Of a stretch of DNA of 64,000 bases, positions 17,779-26,599 are shown piece by piece. Made by a program: the position numbers and the translations under genes. Position 1 is the first letter of the stretch; the number at the start of each line of letters is the position of its first letter. The notes beneath the pieces were generated by a model. That model was not told where the DNA came from. It was given only the letters and a program-made list of their open reading frames with translations, and searched no databases. Origin of the DNA: an uncultured Desulfobulbia bacterium (GTDB taxonomy: Bacteria > Desulfobacterota > Desulfobulbia > Desulfobulbales > SURF-16); contig CAZZCA010000007.1 of the NCBI GenBank assembly GCA_964653055.1, positions 11,361 to 75,360 of the forward strand, read 5' to 3'.

Positions 17779-18030
17779 ATGGCTTTAAGTAAAGACGATC
17801 TCAAAGAAAAGATGATCGAAAAAGCAACTAAGGCTCCCAAGCCCCAGTTGTATGTTAAGGATTTCTATAAATGCGATCCAGATACCAAGCCCCGTGCAAT
17901 CAAGAATGTTGCCAATGAGCTTGTACGTGAAGGTAAACTGATGTTCTGGTCAAGTGGTAGTACTACCATGTACGCCCTTCCTTCCCGGATCAAGAATGAA
18001 GAAGAACGCGATGCTGCTCAGGACGCATAA
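17779..18030 (+). CDS. dsrD: DsrD (small winged-helix protein of dissimilatory sulfite reductase loci)
   Basis: 83 aa; 'YVKDFYK......PRAIKNVANELVREGKLMFWSSGSTTMYAL' matches the DsrD hallmark WSSGSTTMY; position immediately after dsrB. Confidence 0.88.
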   Translation: MALSKDDLKEKMIEKATKAPKPQLYVKDFYKCDPDTKPRAIKNVANELVREGKLMFWSSGSTTMYALPSRIKNEEERDAAQDA

Positions 18031-18056
18031 TTCTGACGATTGCTGATTTTTCAATC

Positions 18057-18096
18057 AAAAAAAAGCCGCTGACCTACTGGTCAGCGGCTTTTTTTT
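18057..18096 (+). terminator. Rho-independent terminator after dsrD (A-run / hairpin / T-run, potentially bidirectional)
   Basis: 11-bp perfect stem AGCCGCTGACC / GGTCAGCGGCT (18064-18074 / 18079-18089), TACT loop, T8 tail; preceded by A8. Confidence 0.9.
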
Positions 18097-18454
18097 GTCC
18101 CTATATCTCAGTAAATATATTACGAGCCAGTTTTCACTTAGATGGCAGCCGAAATAACAGGTAAACAGGCTGACAAAGTACCAGAATGGGGCCCCAATGA
18201 TTGTTTTTGATTCTTCATTGCTGATGAAACTAAAGACATAGCTTTTACCGAAGATCCTGGCCCGGGCGGGGCGATTTTGCCGGTTACATATATAATGAAA
18301 CCGGCCTTGTACTGGTCGTTAGTTATTTTCACATCTGCCATGCTGGGCTTGTCAGTGGTGAAAATGGCGACCAGTAACAGGGAAAGTAAAGGCCGGAAAA
18401 TTCTTAATTGTATTTTCTTTAATAGATGGTCTGACGTAGCTATCGGTAAACCGT

Positions 18455-19051
18455 CTATTCTATTCCTGCCTCTATCTTATCGGCCTTATGCAGAAGCTTG
18501 GAGGCATCGATATTATGCTTATAATTTTTATGGATCGAGGCGGCTACCCTGTAGGCATCGGCTGCTTTTTTATTTTCGCCCATGGTGATATAGATATCGG
18601 CGATGGTCTCAAGGGTCTCAACTCCGCCCTTGGGGTTCTGAAGGGAATTATACTCATCAAGAACATCCAGGTAGGCGTTGATTGATTCTGCGTGTTTGCC
18701 GGCCTTATGGAAAAGAGCGGCCTTTTTCTTTTCAATGGCAAAGAGGCTGAAGCGGTCAAAATCATCGCTGCATATCTTATACGCCCGCTCGTAATGTTCC
18801 ATGGCTTTGTCGTAGTCATCCCTGTCAGCGCAGATATCACCTAATTTGTCTGAGGCGTTGGCCACACCGTGCAGGTTCTCTTCCTGTTCAAAGCCGATGA
18901 GTGCATTGTGAAACATATTGGCGGCCTGGGAAATCTCTTCATTGGCCAGGTGTTCCTGACCGGCTTCATAGTCCAGGGTGGCGGGGCTTTTTTCTTTTTC
19001 TTCCTCTTCGTTCTTGCCTTGGTCTATGGTCAGTTCAGTTGTGTCGGTCAT
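18455..19051 (-). CDS. TPR-like repeat protein (198 aa)
   Basis: Helical repeat units such as 'DYDKAMEHYERAYKI', 'GKHAESINAYLDVLDEY', 'GENKKAADAYRVAASIH'; SD GGAG in the 11-nt gap after the upstream gene. Confidence 0.65.
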   Translation of the reverse strand: MTDTTELTIDQGKNEEEEKEKSPATLDYEAGQEHLANEEISQAANMFHNALIGFEQEENLHGVANASDKLGDICADRDDYDKAMEHYERAYKICSDDFDRFSLFAIEKKKAALFHKAGKHAESINAYLDVLDEYNSLQNPKGGVETLETIADIYITMGENKKAADAYRVAASIHKNYKHNIDASKLLHKADKIEAGIE

Positions 19052-19062
19052 CTCTTATCTCC

Positions 19063-20202
19063 TTATCCCTGCTGGCTGCTCATGAGGTCGAGAGCCTCCT
19101 TAACCAATTGGGCAATTGTTGTTTGATTGGGGATTCCTTGTTCGTAAACAATTAATCCGCTGTGGTCGTCAGCCATTTTTTCAATATCGCTTCTCACTTC
19201 TTCCGCTTTGATGCGTCCAAAGAGGCGGACGCTGTGGCCCCGGATCGCAGGATCTGTATGGTCGAGAAAGGGGAAGAGGGCGTAAATCGGGGTTGCCAAT
19301 ACCATTTCCGGGCTTTTTTCGGCAATGGTGCCCATGGCCCAAAGAACATGAACCTGGCTCGATTCTACCCCTCGATACATGAGGAGATGCCTGGCAAAGG
19401 CGCCATAGATATCTGCTCGGGCGGCGATGATTGAGCCAATTGATTCAATCAGTCCCCAATGGGTGGCAGCTGAATCAGTACAGGCCTCAAACATTCGGTG
19501 GAGCAGGTCACTGACCGCCCCTGGCTTACGGGTGGCAACCCGGGCGCAGACCTCCCCCATAATATGGGCAAACATCCAGCGGTTATTGTCGTCCGGATCG
19601 TAAAGAAGGCGCTGGAGGAAACGGAGTACCCGGATATCGTCCAGGGTCAGATCCACCAGAGCGTCGATGTCCTGGGCCAGAGCAAGTTCCTGTACTTTTT
19701 TCTTATTGGTCCGTTTTCTTTTGCGTTTCGGGTCCCGTTTCTCTTCCATGGGAGGCGGGTTAAATTTGCTGCTGGCCTGGGTGCTTTGTTTTTCTTTCTT
19801 TTTTATCTGCTCATGGTCAAGGTGTTTGCTCAGCTCTGCAATGTCCTTGGTAAGGCGGACAAAATAAAGAACACCGGAGACCTTACGACCATCGACATTT
19901 TTTGTTTCATAGACCTGATGGGTCTCTTCGTCGTAGTTGTCGATGCGCCCGGTTAGATAATCGTCATCCGGGGTCAGGTCCCAGGCCAGGTCCCAATTGT
20001 CGTCGCAGGCATAGGTCATGGCTTCCACCATGGCCGCTCCAACATTGAAACCGGTGGGGTCACTGGTGTAGACGGCTCCGCAGAGACAGGTCCCCACCTT
20101 GAACTCATCGAGCTTGCGCTGCTGTGGTTCCTGGGGGGTACCCACATCCTGGCCGCAGAATGGGCACCAGGGGCGTACCTTGATTGTTGGATCTTTGACC
20201 AT
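19063..20202 (-). CDS. Hypothetical protein: N-terminal CxxC...CxC zinc-ribbon-like module, Lys/Arg-rich linker, C-terminal HEAT/armadillo-like repeats
   Basis: 'WCPFCGQ...(24 aa)...CLCG'; linker 'KRDPKRKRKRTNKKK'; C-terminal helical repeats ending 'DHTDPAIRGHSVRLFGRI'. Start is 2 nt after the upstream TPR gene stop. Confidence 0.75.
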   Translation of the reverse strand: MVKDPTIKVRPWCPFCGQDVGTPQEPQQRKLDEFKVGTCLCGAVYTSDPTGFNVGAAMVEAMTYACDDNWDLAWDLTPDDDYLTGRIDNYDEETHQVYETKNVDGRKVSGVLYFVRLTKDIAELSKHLDHEQIKKKEKQSTQASSKFNPPPMEEKRDPKRKRKRTNKKKVQELALAQDIDALVDLTLDDIRVLRFLQRLLYDPDDNNRWMFAHIMGEVCARVATRKPGAVSDLLHRMFEACTDSAATHWGLIESIGSIIAARADIYGAFARHLLMYRGVESSQVHVLWAMGTIAEKSPEMVLATPIYALFPFLDHTDPAIRGHSVRLFGRIKAEEVRSDIEKMADDHSGLIVYEQGIPNQTTIAQLVKEALDLMSSQQG

Positions 20203-20204
20203 GA

Positions 20205-20834
20205 TTATAGTTCGCTATTGATGGCGGCAATGAACTGGGGGTCAACCGGATAGCCGAGGCCGGCAGCTTTGTCCGCTGCTTTTTTGGCAGCGGCGAAGTC
20301 TTTGACATAATAGAAGGCTACCGCCAGGTTATTGTGGGCCATGGGGAAATCCGGGTCATGCTCAACTCCTTTTTTGGCAGAGAGCAGAGCTTCATCGAAT
20401 TTGCCGGCATTGATCTGGGCTGCTGCCAGGTTAACCCAGGCAAAGGCCAGCTTGGGTTCATGAACAGTGGCCTTGGTATAGGAATCCAGGGCTTTTTCCT
20501 GTTCCCCTTTCTGCTGCATGATCAGACCGATATTGCAGTGGGCCCGACCGGGATTGGGGGCATACATCAGGGCTTTTTTGTTGGCGGCCAGTGCTTCGTC
20601 GAACTGCCCCAGCTCAAAATGAATGGCGCCCAGGTTGATAAATGCCTCTGCTGATTGTTCGTCAATCTCAATACATTTTTTCAGTTCAGCAATGGCGTCA
20701 TTATGACGACCGGCCTTGCGATAAACCAGGGCCAGATGATGATGGGCCATGATTGAGTCCGGGTGTTCCTTGCATTTAGCTTCCATCTCGGCAATAACGG
20801 CCGGCAGATCTTCACGTAATTCATTTGCAGACAT
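20205..20834 (-). CDS. TPR repeat protein (209 aa)
   Basis: Canonical 34-aa TPR units ('AHHHLALVYRKAGRHNDAIAELKKCIEIDEQ', 'AFINLGAIHFELGQFDEALAANKKALMYAPN' and others). Confidence 0.8.
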   Translation of the reverse strand: MSANELREDLPAVIAEMEAKCKEHPDSIMAHHHLALVYRKAGRHNDAIAELKKCIEIDEQSAEAFINLGAIHFELGQFDEALAANKKALMYAPNPGRAHCNIGLIMQQKGEQEKALDSYTKATVHEPKLAFAWVNLAAAQINAGKFDEALLSAKKGVEHDPDFPMAHNNLAVAFYYVKDFAAAKKAADKAAGLGYPVDPQFIAAINSEL

Positions 20835-21088
20835 GATTTTATCCTTTATTTAAATTTTGTATTAGCAGGTAATGTGCTGTTCTTTGATTTATTTATTGTC
20901 AAAGAGGTTAGCGATACATTTTGCAAAAATAATCACGAAACAAGAGAAAATCAAGATGCCACCTTTACTTTGACCGGGAAAAGTTTTGGCATGATCGCAT
21001 GATTATGGTTTATTTACCTTAGTTGTAATTATTTAACCGTTTTCTACGGTCTTAATAAGGCTGTTTGATCTAGAGAGAGGGTTGTTAG

Positions 21089-22483
21089 ATGAGCAGGGAA
21101 GATAAATTGCCCCCAGGGCTTGTGGTGGCCGGTCTGGGAGGAGGTTCTGGCAAGAGTGTAGTCTCAGTTGGGCTTGCCGCCGTTTTTACCGCTGCCGGTC
21201 GACAGGTGGCGGTTTTTAAAAAAGGGCCTGATTATATCGATGCCGGCTGGCTTAGTCTGGCGGCTGGTTCCCCTTGTTTCAACCTTGATCCTTATCTCAT
21301 GGATGAGGGTCCCATGCTCAGGTCTTTTGTTGACCATGGCAGGATGGCTGACTGTATCCTGGTTGAAGGTAACCGTGGTCTCTTTGACGGGGTCAGTGCC
21401 CACGGCGAGTATAGTACGGCGGAACTGGCCCGTACCCTGAATCTGCCGGTTTTATTGGTGGTTGATTGTACCAAGACCACCCGGACGGTGGCGGCCCTTG
21501 TTCTCGGTTGTCGAACTCTGGACCCTGATCTGGAAATTGCCGGGGTGGTTCTTAACCGGATTGGCAGTACCCGTCATGAACAGGTGGTGCGGGAGGCGGT
21601 GGAGAAATATGCCGGAGTACCGGTAATAGGAGTTATTCGCCGGATGAAAAAAGACATCTTCCCCATGCGGCATCTCGGGGTAACCCCTTTTCAGGAATAT
21701 GATGGAGCAGCTGATGCCATTGGTGAACTTGCAGCTACAGCGGAAAATTGTCTTGAGCTGGCAGAAGTAGAAGCCATGATGCGGTCGCCTCTATTGCCCC
21801 CGATGGTTGAAGTGGCTTGTGATGATATTTCTGGGCAGGACAAGGTCCGGATCGGGGTTATTCAGGATGCGGCCTTTCAGTTTTATTATCCGGAGAATTT
21901 GCTGGCCCTGGCCAGGGCCGGAGCTGAGATTGTCGAGGTTAACTCCCTTACGGCCCCTGAATTGCCGGAACTGGACGGTCTTTATATCGGCGGTGGTTTC
22001 CCCGAGACCAGTGCCCGCCTGCTGGCGGACAATGTATCTTTTCGTCGCTCGATTAAGGAAAAGGTGGAAGAAGGTCTGCCGGTCTATGCTGAATGCGGTG
22101 GTTTAATTTACCTGGGCAAAGAGATTGTGCTGGCGGATGGAGCCCATTCCCTGGTGGGAATCTTTCCAGTGAGCTTTACTCTGGAGCAGAGACCCCAGGC
22201 TCATGGCTATACGGTTTTGACTGCCACTGCTGCCAACCCTTATTATGGGGAAGGGACCCAGATCAGGGGCCATGAATTTCGCTACAGTAAAGTAGCAGAC
22301 TGGCCCGGCGATGGAGATGATCTTGGTTTTACCATGGACAGGGGGGTTGGCTTCAGCCATGGCGGTGATGGCCTGATTTACAAGAACGTATTGGCTCTTT
22401 ATACCCATATCCATGCCGTTGCCACCCCGGAATGGTCGGTGGCCCTGGTTGATCGGGCCCGGCAGTTTAAGGTCAGTGGGTAA
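21089..22483 (+). CDS. dsrN: Cobyrinate a,c-diamide synthase family amidase; by context a DsrN-type sirohaem amidase candidate
   Basis: CbiA/CobB architecture: N-terminal 'VVAGLGGGSGKSVVSVGLA', C-terminal glutamine amidotransferase with nucleophile 'VYAECGGLIYLG' and 'HEFRYS'; sits in the dsr neighbourhood. Confidence 0.8.
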   Translation: MSREDKLPPGLVVAGLGGGSGKSVVSVGLAAVFTAAGRQVAVFKKGPDYIDAGWLSLAAGSPCFNLDPYLMDEGPMLRSFVDHGRMADCILVEGNRGLFDGVSAHGEYSTAELARTLNLPVLLVVDCTKTTRTVAALVLGCRTLDPDLEIAGVVLNRIGSTRHEQVVREAVEKYAGVPVIGVIRRMKKDIFPMRHLGVTPFQEYDGAADAIGELAATAENCLELAEVEAMMRSPLLPPMVEVACDDISGQDKVRIGVIQDAAFQFYYPENLLALARAGAEIVEVNSLTAPELPELDGLYIGGGFPETSARLLADNVSFRRSIKEKVEEGLPVYAECGGLIYLGKEIVLADGAHSLVGIFPVSFTLEQRPQAHGYTVLTATAANPYYGEGTQIRGHEFRYSKVADWPGDGDDLGFTMDRGVGFSHGGDGLIYKNVLALYTHIHAVATPEWSVALVDRARQFKVSG

Positions 22484-22820
22484 CGTGGGTTCCCAGTACC
22501 TTGGCTGTTACCATGGCCTTGGTTTCATCGTCTATTTCTGATTTCTCCCAGCTGATAAACTCTTCGGTTACCCGGGCAAAATCACCGTTATCTTCTTTGC
22601 ATTTGGCGCAAATGGCGTCGGCTTCGTCCCGGTAGATGATAACCTTGCTTGCAGGGTCACCATTCTTGTCCACTGCTGCCATTTTACGGCAGCCGCAATT
22701 TAGTCTGATCACAGCAACCCCGATGCCGTCCGGGCTGCCCTCCATGATACCGGCGATCATTGCTTTTTCTGCCTTCATGACATCGTGTTTTGCGGTGCTT
22801 TTTTTCTTTTTATTCTTCAT
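22473..22820 (-). CDS. Hypothetical small protein (115 aa) with CxC...CxxC motif
   Basis: Lys-rich N-terminus 'MKNKKKKSTAK', 'RLNCGCRK' and 'AICAKCKE'; overlaps the dsrN 3' end by 11 nt (convergent). Confidence 0.55.
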   Translation of the reverse strand: MKNKKKKSTAKHDVMKAEKAMIAGIMEGSPDGIGVAVIRLNCGCRKMAAVDKNGDPASKVIIYRDEADAICAKCKEDNGDFARVTEEFISWEKSEIDDETKAMVTAKVLGTHVTH

Positions 22821-22841
22821 TATCTTCCTGTTCTGGTTTTT

Positions 22842-22917
22842 GTGGCCAGGTCAATTATTCTTGGGTCTGATGGGATGGAAAAGACAATAGTACATTGGTG
22901 GTGGCAGGTCAATATTA
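22842..22917. repeat. Imperfect direct repeat GTGGC(C)AGGTCAAT(T/A)(A/T)T, two copies 58 nt apart
   Basis: Copy 1 'GTGGCCAGGTCAATTATT' (22842-22859), copy 2 'GTGGCAGGTCAATATTA' (22901-22917); shared exact core CAGGTCAAT. Confidence 0.7.
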
Positions 22918-23069
22918 AGGCTTTGCTTCTATTTGAAAAAATGGGTGGTAAACTATGGAGAATTCTGTTGACAAAAGGTGGTTGATCATTTAATTCAATC
23001 TTGATTGTTTGTTTAATTTTGATTGGTAAAGTTGTTTTTTAATATTTTATTTTTTTTGGAGGTATTACT

Positions 23070-23255
23070 ATGTGGGAAGTACTCGTAGACAAAGACAAAT
23101 GTGTTGGTGACGAAGAATGTGTAGGCGCTTGCCCGGCTTCTGTTTATGAAATGGTAGACGGAAAAGCCGAGGCTGTTGAAGCTGACGAATGTCTCGGTTG
23201 TGAGACCTGTGTTGAGGTTTGCCCAGAAGGCGCACTCACCGTTACTGAGATCTAA
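23070..23255 (+). CDS. Small ferredoxin (61 aa)
   Basis: 'CVGDEECVGACP' and 'CLGCETCVEVCP' cluster-binding motifs; SD GGAGG upstream. Confidence 0.88.
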   Translation: MWEVLVDKDKCVGDEECVGACPASVYEMVDGKAEAVEADECLGCETCVEVCPEGALTVTEI

Positions 23256-23292
23256 ATTCCATTGGCAGGATTTTCCTGCAGGGAATTTGAAG

Positions 23293-23330
23293 GCCTGTCT
23301 CCTGTCTAAAGGAAGGCAGGCTTTTTTTTT
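23293..23330 (+). terminator. Rho-independent terminator after the ferredoxin gene
   Basis: Stem GCCTGTCT / AGGCAGGC (one G.U) followed by T9 (23322-23330). A second long hairpin AAATTCC..GCAGG-atttt-CCTGC..GGAATTT (23254-23288) starts at the stop codon. Confidence 0.75.
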
Positions 23331-23342
23331 GATATTGGTACG

Positions 23343-23750
23343 GTGATTATGGTGTGTTGTGTTGGCCGCAAAACTCTTGTTCTTTTGGCAGCTATGTTCT
23401 GGAGCCTTATTGGTTTGTATCTCCTTAGGCGGGGCTGGGTTCTGCTCCATGGTTCTGATTACCTGGTGATCGGGGTGGCTCTGGTGGTGGGAACTTTTAA
23501 GTCAATAATGGTATTTCAGCGTACTGCTCTTACCAATGTGGAAAGAATAAATAAGCTCGGTGAACAGGCACCAGTTGCTCAGGTTTTTTCTGGCAAGGCC
23601 TGGGGTCTTATTGCCTTTATGATGGCCCTGGGGATGATTATGCGTTTTAGTGGTTTACCAACGGAACTCAGGGGTTTTGTGATCATTGCTGTTGGCTGGG
23701 GCTTATTACTGGCCAGCAGGGTAGTCTGGAGTGAGTGGCAGCGGTTGTAA
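23343..23750 (+). CDS. Hypothetical membrane protein (135 aa, about 4 TM)
   Basis: Hydrophobic segments 'LVLLAAMFWSLIGLYLL', 'LVIGVALVVGTF', 'AWGLIAFMMALGMIM', 'FVIIAVGWGLLLA'; GTG start in the track. Confidence 0.55.
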   Translation: MIMVCCVGRKTLVLLAAMFWSLIGLYLLRRGWVLLHGSDYLVIGVALVVGTFKSIMVFQRTALTNVERINKLGEQAPVAQVFSGKAWGLIAFMMALGMIMRFSGLPTELRGFVIIAVGWGLLLASRVVWSEWQRL

Positions 23751-23772
23751 AAATTAGCCGGGATGGCAGAAG

Positions 23773-24846
23773 GTGCAGTCGCGAAATTATATTGAAATCG
23801 ATCTTGGGGCCCTGCAGTCAAATTGCCGGGTCCTGCAGGGTCGTCTTGCCGGGGCCAGATTAATGGCTGTGGTCAAGTCTGACGCCTATGGTCATGGGAT
23901 GATCCCGGTGGCCAGGGCTTTGGCTGAAGAGGGCGTTGACTGTTTTGCCGTGGCTGAGGTCCATGAGGGTCTTGCCTTGCGCCAGGCTGGGGTTAAGGGC
24001 GATATCGTTGTTTTTCTCGGGGTTCGGACCGGCGAGATAGAAGAGCTCCTCAGCCATGATCTGCAGCCAGTGGTCTTTGAGCAGCAGCAGCTTGCTGTTT
24101 TATCTGCAGCGGTGAGGGATAAAGGCCGTCTCGGAGTTCATCTCAAGGTTGATACCGGCATGGGGCGTTTTGGGATAATGCCAGAGCTGGTTTCTTCTTT
24201 TGTGGAGGAAATCAATAAGAGCCCCGGTCTTTTTTTGGCCGGGATAATGAGCCATTTCGCCTGCGCCGATGACAGGGGTGGTGAGTTCACCCGGAATCAG
24301 CAGAAGATTTTTGCTGAGATCGCAGCAGCTGCCCAATCCCCCCATATTGCCAATACAGCTGCTATTTTTAATTTTCCTGATACAGCCATGGCCATGGTTC
24401 GACCCGGGATCTCTTTATATGGTTATGGTTGTGGGGAAAACAGTGAGTTGACCCCGGTGATGAGCTATAAAAGCGAAATTGTCCAGGTACGGGAGGTGCC
24501 CGCCGGTTACGGGCTCAGTTATAACCATACCTTTGTTACCCGGCGCCCCAGTCGTCTGGCCATCCTGCCCATGGGCTATAATGACGGCTATCTCCGGCGG
24601 ATGTCCAATCGGGCCGAGGTTCTCATTGGGGGGCAGCGGGTCCGTCAGCGGGGGATGATATGTATGAACGCCACCATTGTTGATGTCACCGACATAAAAG
24701 GGGCAGATGTCGGTGACGAGGTTGTTCTTCTTGGTCGTCAGGGCCAGGACGAGATTACTGTAGATGAGCTGGCTGGCTGGCAGGACAGTATTAATTATGA
24801 GGTTCTTTGTCTCTTGGGTAATTTGAATCCCAGGAATTATCTTTAG
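23773..24846 (+). CDS. alr: Alanine racemase
   Basis: PLP-Lys motif 'AVVKSDAYGHG', 'RPGISLYG', 'GYNDGY'; GTG start. Confidence 0.9.
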   Translation: MQSRNYIEIDLGALQSNCRVLQGRLAGARLMAVVKSDAYGHGMIPVARALAEEGVDCFAVAEVHEGLALRQAGVKGDIVVFLGVRTGEIEELLSHDLQPVVFEQQQLAVLSAAVRDKGRLGVHLKVDTGMGRFGIMPELVSSFVEEINKSPGLFLAGIMSHFACADDRGGEFTRNQQKIFAEIAAAAQSPHIANTAAIFNFPDTAMAMVRPGISLYGYGCGENSELTPVMSYKSEIVQVREVPAGYGLSYNHTFVTRRPSRLAILPMGYNDGYLRRMSNRAEVLIGGQRVRQRGMICMNATIVDVTDIKGADVGDEVVLLGRQGQDEITVDELAGWQDSINYEVLCLLGNLNPRNYL

Positions 24847-24904
24847 AATAATAATAGCCATTTACTCTGGCTTTTTATGGAATCGTGTTTAGATTAGATT
24901 TGAA

Positions 24905-26581
24905 ATGATTAGATCACTTGTAAAAAAATATCTTGATGAATGTGTTGGCAGGGGAGTGGCGGATGGCCTCTGGTCGGTTGAATCGGCCTCTGGTTATGTG
25001 GTGGAAGTGCCTAAATTTGAAGGGCAGGGCGATTTTTCCACCAACGCCGCCATGGTGATTGCCGGTCGAGAGAAGAAGGCAACCGGTAATAAGGTGAACC
25101 CCAGGCAGATTGCCGATGGTCTGGCAAAATTGTTGACCAGCCAGGACGACCTCATTGCCAAGGTTGAGGTCGCTGGCCCCGGGTTTATCAATTTCTTTCT
25201 GAATGAATCGATCTGGGCCTCGGTGGTGGCTGAGGTTTGCCGTCAGGGTGATGATTTTGGCCGGGCCACTGCTGCCAACGGTCAAAAGGCCCTGGTGGAG
25301 TTTGTCAGTGCCAATCCCACCGGCCCTTTAAGTGTCGGCCATGGCCGACAGGCGGTACTTGGCGATTCCATCTGCCGCCTCCTTGAGGCAGTGGGTTATG
25401 ATGTGGATCGGGAGTATTATTATAACGATGCCGGCCGCCAGATGCGGGTTCTTGGTGAATCAACCAGGGCCAGGTATCTTGAAGAGCTGGGCCAGCCCTT
25501 TCAGTTTCCCGAGGATGGCTATCAGGGCGAATATATCTATGAAATTGCCCGGAGTCTCATCAATGAACATGGCAAGTCTCTGCAGGATGTGGCAGATGTC
25601 ACCCCCTTTAAGGAGGGGGCGGAGAAGGCAATTTTTGCTGATATTGACCAGACCTTAAAGCGGATGGGGATCAGCTTTGATAATTATTATAATGAGCATA
25701 CCCTTTACGAAGATGGCCTGATTGATGATGTGGTGGAGGCTCTTCGGGCTAAGGGGCTCGTTTATGATGAGGATGGTGCGGTCTGGTTCAGGACCACGGA
25801 ATTTGGTCATGAAAAGGATCGGGTCATTGTCAAGAGCAGCGGTGAGCCTACCTATCGGCTCCCTGATATCGCTTATCACCGTGAGAAATTCCGCCGTGGT
25901 TATGATTGGATGGTGGATATCTTCGGGGCTGATCATATTGCCACGGTTCCCGATGTGCTGGCCGGGGTAAGTGCCCTTGGTTATGACAGTTCCAGGGTGA
26001 CAGTGGTCCTTCACCAGTTTGTCACCCTGATGCGGGACGGTAAACAGGTTAAGATGTCCACCCGTAAGGCCAATTTTGTCACTGTTGATGAGTTGATTGA
26101 TGAGGTGGGCGTGGATGTGGTCCGCTTCTTCTTCCTCACCCGCAAGGCCGACAGTCAGCTGGAGTTTGATCTGGATCTGGCTACTAAAGAGGGTAAGGAT
26201 AACCCGGTTTATTATGTTCAGTATGGCCATGCCAGGTTGGCCAGTATTATCAAAAAGGCAGAAGACCAGGGTTTTGTTTTGAATGATCTGGCTGCTGTCC
26301 CGGTCCATCGTCTCACTACCCTGGAAGAGCAGAAGATCATGAAGGCCATGGCCGCTTACCCTGAGCTTGTCCGTAATGCGGCGGCAGACCTTGCTCCTCA
26401 CCGGATTGTTTTTTATCTCCAGGAGCTGGCCGGCCTTTTTCATAGTTATTACAATAAACACCGGGTCATTTCCGAAGATGAGGAGCTGTCCCTGGCCCGT
26501 CTGTGGTTTGGTAAATCCCTCCAGGCGGTCTTTCATAATGGCCTGACCCTGCTGGGGATGTCGGCACCGGAAACAATGTAG
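24905..26581 (+). CDS. argS: Arginine--tRNA ligase
   Basis: 'FVSANPTGPLSVGHGR' (HIGH region), 'STRKANFVT' (KMSK-like), DALR anticodon-binding C-terminus. Confidence 0.95.
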   Translation: MIRSLVKKYLDECVGRGVADGLWSVESASGYVVEVPKFEGQGDFSTNAAMVIAGREKKATGNKVNPRQIADGLAKLLTSQDDLIAKVEVAGPGFINFFLNESIWASVVAEVCRQGDDFGRATAANGQKALVEFVSANPTGPLSVGHGRQAVLGDSICRLLEAVGYDVDREYYYNDAGRQMRVLGESTRARYLEELGQPFQFPEDGYQGEYIYEIARSLINEHGKSLQDVADVTPFKEGAEKAIFADIDQTLKRMGISFDNYYNEHTLYEDGLIDDVVEALRAKGLVYDEDGAVWFRTTEFGHEKDRVIVKSSGEPTYRLPDIAYHREKFRRGYDWMVDIFGADHIATVPDVLAGVSALGYDSSRVTVVLHQFVTLMRDGKQVKMSTRKANFVTVDELIDEVGVDVVRFFFLTRKADSQLEFDLDLATKEGKDNPVYYVQYGHARLASIIKKAEDQGFVLNDLAAVPVHRLTTLEEQKIMKAMAAYPELVRNAAADLAPHRIVFYLQELAGLFHSYYNKHRVISEDEELSLARLWFGKSLQAVFHNGLTLLGMSAPETM

Positions 26582-26599
26582 CCCTTTACGGGCCAGTGA

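Noticed and set aside
18138-18341. 67-aa minus-strand ORF in the gap after dsrD
   Set aside because: There is no Shine-Dalgarno sequence before the ATG (gacaagcccagcATG), the composition is not protein-like and I see no motif. It is kept only as part of the unassigned-gap finding.
20989-21003. Tandem GCATGAT-c-GCATGAT upstream of dsrN as a regulator site
   Set aside because: Two 7-mers are within chance expectation for an AT-rich 250-bp region, and no promoter could be placed relative to them. It is mentioned only in connection with the 16-bp palindrome.
23262-23279. Sigma54-like TGGCAG...CTGCA string after the ferredoxin gene
   Set aside because: The GG-to-GC spacing is 2 nt longer than the TGGCAC-N5-TTGCA consensus, and the bases form part of the post-stop hairpin.
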